Shown here: piece after piece, positions 59,239-64,000 of the stretch | Position numbering within the stretch: the stretch's first letter is position 1 | Layout of the letters: the number at the start of each line of letters is the position of its first letter | Source of the DNA: Phyllosticta citribraziliensis | Lineage: Eukaryota | Assembly (NCBI RefSeq): GCF_038025025.1 | Contig: NW_027117344.1 | Span: forward strand, 806,001 to 870,000 | Length of the DNA: 64,000 nucleotides | Direction of reading: 5' to 3' | Translations under genes and position numbers: made by a program | The notes under the pieces: model-generated | Told to the model about the DNA's origin: nothing | Database searches by the model: none | What the model saw: the letters and a program-made list of their open reading frames with translations, nothing else

Positions 59239-59944
59239 AGCTATACGAGGCAATGAGTCAAGTGAAGCAGAAATACGGCGAGGTTGAGGGTCAGAGGCCT
59301 TGGTTGGAGAGGAGTGGGGCTGCGCGACAAGAATTGAAGGCGCAGAGGAATCAGAAAGCAAGTCTTGCTCTCATGGTGTAGTGAATAGTCCTAGGGGGTG
59401 AGGTGGCTTTGGAGTACCTTGAGGCGGAGATCCGAAGAAGAAAAAAAAAAGGACGTTCAGCTTTGTTGCGCTGACTCTGTCCCTAGTTGGTGCGACAGAG
59501 GGTGACGACGTGCAGTTGATCCTGGTCCAGTGGTACAAGAAGGTCGAGGGATAGGTTGGGGACCTAGTCCGCGAGGGTCGGGACAGGAGTCGGAAGTGCT
59601 CCGCAGAGCACCTCTCTGTCCAGTGGGAAGTCGGAGGGTGAGGCGGATGGTTGGCAGGCAAACGGGGGCCTTGTTAAGGAACAAACGACGGCGACAGGGA
59701 ACGGGTGGATGGTGGGCGGGAGCCGGGAGTGGTGGTAGGGGGGACCTCGTCGCGGGGAGGAGGGATGTCGGAGAATGAAACACGGGAGCTAAGGCGCGAC
59801 CTGACTCTGTCAAAGAGCGGAGGAGGAGATGCGATGGCTGGCTGGCGAGTTGGACAGAAACGAATGTGAAGCCAGAGGCGGCGGCGGGATGGGGAGAGGG
59901 AGAGACAGTCAAGAGGGACGGGAGGGTAGAGAGGGAGCGGGAGC

Positions 59945-59946
<2 letters not shown>

Positions 59947-59974
<28 letters not shown>
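59947..59974. repeat. (GA)n microsatellite
   Basis: About 14 GA units. Confidence 0.9.
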
Positions 59975-59979
<5 letters not shown>

Positions 59980-61125
59980 TAGGGCACAGGGCACAGGGCA
60001 TTGGGGCGACACAGCACGCGGAGCGAGCACAAGCTAACGGCGGGCCAAGCGAGGGACGGGCACCCGACGGCTCTTTGCAACCACCTGGTAGACGCGACGT
60101 TTCGGACGTGCACGCGAGAAACAAAAGATGAGAACATCAGGGGCTTGTCATGCCATGCCATGCCATGCCGTCTGCATGCCAGCCACAGCAAAGGCATGCA
60201 TGCTGTGATGCGGCCAAGCCAGACCGACGAGGAGGTGTTTACAATCCCAAGGCACACAAGCATGCCGCGACCATCGAGGACGAGGGTCAGCGTCAACACA
60301 CTGACATGACGATACAAATGCGGATCGTCTCGCCAATTTGCTGCAGGCCTTGGCCATGGCCCTCCTTTCCGTTGGGTACAACACCACACCACGGCCATTG
60401 TCCAACCATGGGCCGGCATCATCTCTCGACCGCACGTCCACGTCCGCCCAGATCCCCTCGCGGCGAATCACGTCCGCCCCCCGCAAATGAAAGGCTGTCC
60501 TATAACATCCTTCGTCGGTAGGTACAGTATGTAGCGTGCCATCCTCTGCTCTGCAAGCAAGCCAATACGATCAATATCGACTTCGCTCTGCAACCTGCTG
60601 CCCGACGTCGTCATTTTGTCTTCTGCTAGGTCTGTTCTGTTCCTGCGCCTGTCAGACTGCCACCGCCTGTATTTTTAGACGGCAACCTCACCACCACGCC
60701 ACTTTGCACTCGACGCCTCTTCTAGAACAATTCCACCCGCTTCTCTATCACGTCGCAAAACTATATCTCAACCTCGACATGCACTTTTGCCCCCAGCATC
60801 CCTACCGTGGTCGCTCCGACCACTATCCGCTCCGCCGCCGGGCAGGCCCTGACCAGACTACCATGCAAGCATCCGCCCGCCCGCTGACATGCAGGTACGA
60901 CCGTCCATTGCAGCCAACTCTAAAATCCACACGTCCCCGTATCCCTGCTCTGCTCCTCTTCACCACCTCGACTCCTCTACCATTCGCCCAAACCCCGACC
61001 AGCGCGACGCGCCACTGGCCGACGGACGGTATCGCGGTGCCGGCTGCTCCACCAATGGCGCCGCCCACGTTCCTGCCCATGCGCGGGCCCGCTCCTCGCC
61101 TGCCCTGGCGAGCTGAAAGCTGCGG

Positions 61126-61156
<31 letters not shown>

Positions 61157-63227
61157 TGGCTCGCCTCCTGCCCGCTTGGCCAAGACCTGAGGTCCGTCTG
61201 GCGCATCAAACCCACCCGCCAACCGCAACTAAACTACCTTACGCAGGCACTCAACCATCGTCACGACTACAGCTGCTCTCGACGCCCAACATGCCGCTCC
61301 GGACCACATGTCCCCAAGCGGGCAAGCTCCGCAGATCACGACACTCTAAATCTCTCTTCATGCTTATCTTGAACAAACACCAAGAAGCCTAACCAACACG
61401 ATGGTCTGTCTCCTCGGCACTCGGGTCGCATGGCGTGATGTTGCGGCAGCTGAGAACGGGAGTTGTCGACTGATCAATTGATTGAATCGCTGGCTGGCTG
61501 ATGGGCGACTCGAGAGGCGGAAGCTCGAACAGCCAAGGGTCAAAAAGCAAACACGCTGGCCCAATAGCAATCGGCGAGACATCTCCGTTTCTGTACGAGT
61601 TGGACTGGATGGGGTCGAATTGGAAAGTTTCGCCCTTCCTTCGCCATCTCGTACAGCTGCCGCCATGAAGGACTGCTTGATTGTAAGCGCACTGCCGTTT
61701 TGCCATGCTTCGGCCAGGGTGGTCGCCCCAACCTATCCTTCCACACATGGAGACGGTAGAACACGACGACAAGTAGCTTCGTACTCGGATTGCCGAGAGG
61801 GGACTACGGATCCGCGCCGACGACTTCCCGCAGGCAGTCAGACACATCTGGCCAGCAGCAAGATTCGCACAAAGACGTAAATTCAAGAGGACGAGAAAGC
61901 GGCATCTAGCCTCTCTCCCTGCACTCCGCCGCCCACGCAATCCAATCCAATCAAGCCCTCCTCTCACGCGTCCTCCCCCTCTCCCCACCACCATCCTCCC
62001 GCCCTCTTCCATTCTCCTCCCTCTCCCTCCTCTCCCGAGCAATCATGGCCCTCGCCCTGCGCCTGTCTCCGCACTCGCTGCACGCGCACGGCTCTTGCCA
62101 CGCCTCCTGACGCTCGCCCTTCTTATGCACGGCAGTTGGCGCTGGCGCTGCTACGGCCACGAGCGTCAGCGATAGCGTTCTCATGCCGCTGTGAATGCTG
62201 TGGAGTGCGGCGGTAGTGGTGGTAGTAGTACTGATGGGAGAGCAGCACGGGGGCCGCGGGCTCCCGCTCCCACTGATGATGCTGCTGGTTCGGCAAGACA
62301 TGTTGGGAAGAATTCTGTTGGTGTGTTGATTGTGCTTTGTTGGCTGACGGGAACTGTGTGCCGGTGCCCTGTATGTCTGTACGCGTGCGTAGACCAAGAG
62401 GTGAATGGAAATAATGGAAGCCGCTTCAATGGGAAATGTATGGTACAGGAGGAACAGACGTGCTCTGCACGTGTGTGTCGATACTTCCTCGTGTAGGTAC
62501 GGGTAATTGAATGGAAAATATGCCGATAGTTGTGGAGAGTCAAGGCCAGGCCGTTTATTCCCTCTTCCTTCTGTCTCTGATTCTTTGTGTAGCACAGCAC
62601 ACAGTCGCAGACCGGTAGGTAGGCAGGTGGGTAGATTGTACGTCAAGAGAGAGCCAAAGTTTGAACAAGAAAATGGAAGAGGAAGGCAGCAGCAGTGAAT
62701 GAATGAAATGAATGGTTTGATCAACGAACCAGTTGCTCGAACACTCGGGGACTTGCGCATCTATTTGAATTCTTCGACTAATCAAGGCAGTACAAAGGAA
62801 ATGGCGCCACGCCCACACTGCCCCTTTGTGTGGGCGCGTGGTTGAGCTGAGGATAAAGGTGGCCGTGTCAGAGGCACTTTCTCTTTCCCTGTGCTCGTTG
62901 TTTGTCCAAGTGGTCTGGTGGCGGACTTCAAAGAGGATGTGAGATATAATAGGCCCTAGAGAAGAAAGAGCAGAAGAAAGAACGGTTGTGGTTCAAAATC
63001 TGGCTCATTGTTAGGTCACCTTGTATAAAACTGTCACATTCGCCACAGACGCGCTCATGAGTGCTTGCTGGCTTGCTGACTTGCCAGCAGCTCAGTGGTC
63101 ATTGCCTAGATGTACACCATTCGTCAGCCATGAAGCCCAAGTGACTCCGTGTCTAAAATCCGAGCCTGCTGCAATGATATCATGTGAATGCACCCGACGC
63201 CCCCAAAATGAAAGCCCCTTGGTTGCT

Positions 63228-64000
63228 TCAATCAAGCACAAGCGGCACGTCCTCATGAGTCTCGACATGCCGCCGCTGCTGCTCGAGCTCCTGCGCCTGC
63301 TTTTCGCGGCCCTTGCAAACCTGAATTGGATAGTCATCCCACGTATCTCGCACCTTGGTCGGAATGTCCATGCGCCTGTACCTGACGTTCCACTTGAGGC
63401 TCTCCCACTCTGCCGCGTTGGGTCCCGCATTGATGCGGACCCCGAATGTTGGCAACGCAATGACGTAGTCACCCGCAGCCTCGTCTTCAGGGTCTCTCGG
63501 CGCGGCGATGACGGGCAACGTGAAGCGCGACTTTGCCTTGGCCGCATCTTGTAGCAGCGCTTCGAAGCGCTCGCGCATCATGCCCTGTAAAGATGCGCGG
63601 AATGCCTTGAGGTCGTCTGGACGTAGTGGCCGGATGACAAGGTCGAGCTCGGAGGGGTTGTAGACGCGCAGCCACCAACGGCCGTCGTACAGCTCAAACT
63701 GCGGGTGCTCTGGCGACGTTTCTGGCGGAATCATGAATATCTCGCTGTCGTCTGATAGGTCTGATCGAGGCAGAGGGGGCACCAGGATGGTAGGGCTCTC
63801 GTTTCGGAGGTATGGTTGTCGCGAAAGCATCCACGTGTAGTACGGAAAACTTCGTCTGGGAATATTGGTTCGCTCAAAGTGTACGCCGCCAACAGTGAAT
63901 GGGGCGACGTCAATGGGCTCCGAGGTTATCTCGTCCGGGCGGAACAAGCCAGGAAACATGTTGTGGACGGCGACTTCAAGAGACAAAAGCTCAATCGATT
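63228..64000 (-). CDS. Hypothetical protein, probably 5'-truncated by the window edge
   Basis: ORF 63228..63986 stays open to position 64000; protein-like composition; no family recognised. Confidence 0.6.
   Translation of the reverse strand, partial: SIELLSLEVAVHNMFPGLFRPDEITSEPIDVAPFTVGGVHFERTNIPRRSFPYYTWMLSRQPYLRNESPTILVPPLPRSDLSDDSEIFMIPPETSPEHPQFELYDGRWWLRVYNPSELDLVIRPLRPDDLKAFRASLQGMMRERFEALLQDAAKAKSRFTLPVIAAPRDPEDEAAGDYVIALPTFGVRINAGPNAAEWESLKWNVRYRRMDIPTKVRDTWDDYPIQVCKGREKQAQELEQQRRHVETHEDVPLVLD

Noticed and set aside
59457..62760. ORFs 59457..60422, 60536..61372 and 61951..62760
   Set aside because: Low-complexity or microsatellite-derived translations with no domain-like content or clear splice structure.

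Overview
Gene-dense eukaryotic chromosomal DNA from a filamentous ascomycete (Pezizomycotina, probably a Dothideomycete; taxon is inferred from short GT-AG introns with CTRAC-like branch sites and from protein style). I can support 24 protein-coding genes, most of them spliced. Recognisable ones: an I78-type protease inhibitor, a fungal transcription-factor-domain protein, RIC1, KCS1 (IP6 kinase), a pyridoxamine-phosphate-oxidase-like protein, PUF6, a 2H cyclic phosphodiesterase, SHE4/CRO1, a HET-C family protein, an AA11 LPMO, SFH1, ERV29/SURF4, an IU-nucleoside hydrolase and a beta-propeller-like membrane protein. The rest are unassigned. I saw no tRNA, rRNA, CRISPR array, transposon or RIP-degraded block. 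The most unusual items are an intronless, diverged TFIIA-gamma (TOA2-like) gene head-to-head with an unassigned repeat-motif gene; an orphan coiled-coil protein with four C-x4-H motifs; a PrP-like Gly/Gln/aromatic tail on HET-C; and several splice/uORF arrangements (in-frame retainable introns, 5'UTR introns carrying uORFs, a possible GC-AG intron, micro-exons). All exon boundaries were read by eye and family calls are from remembered motifs, not database searches.
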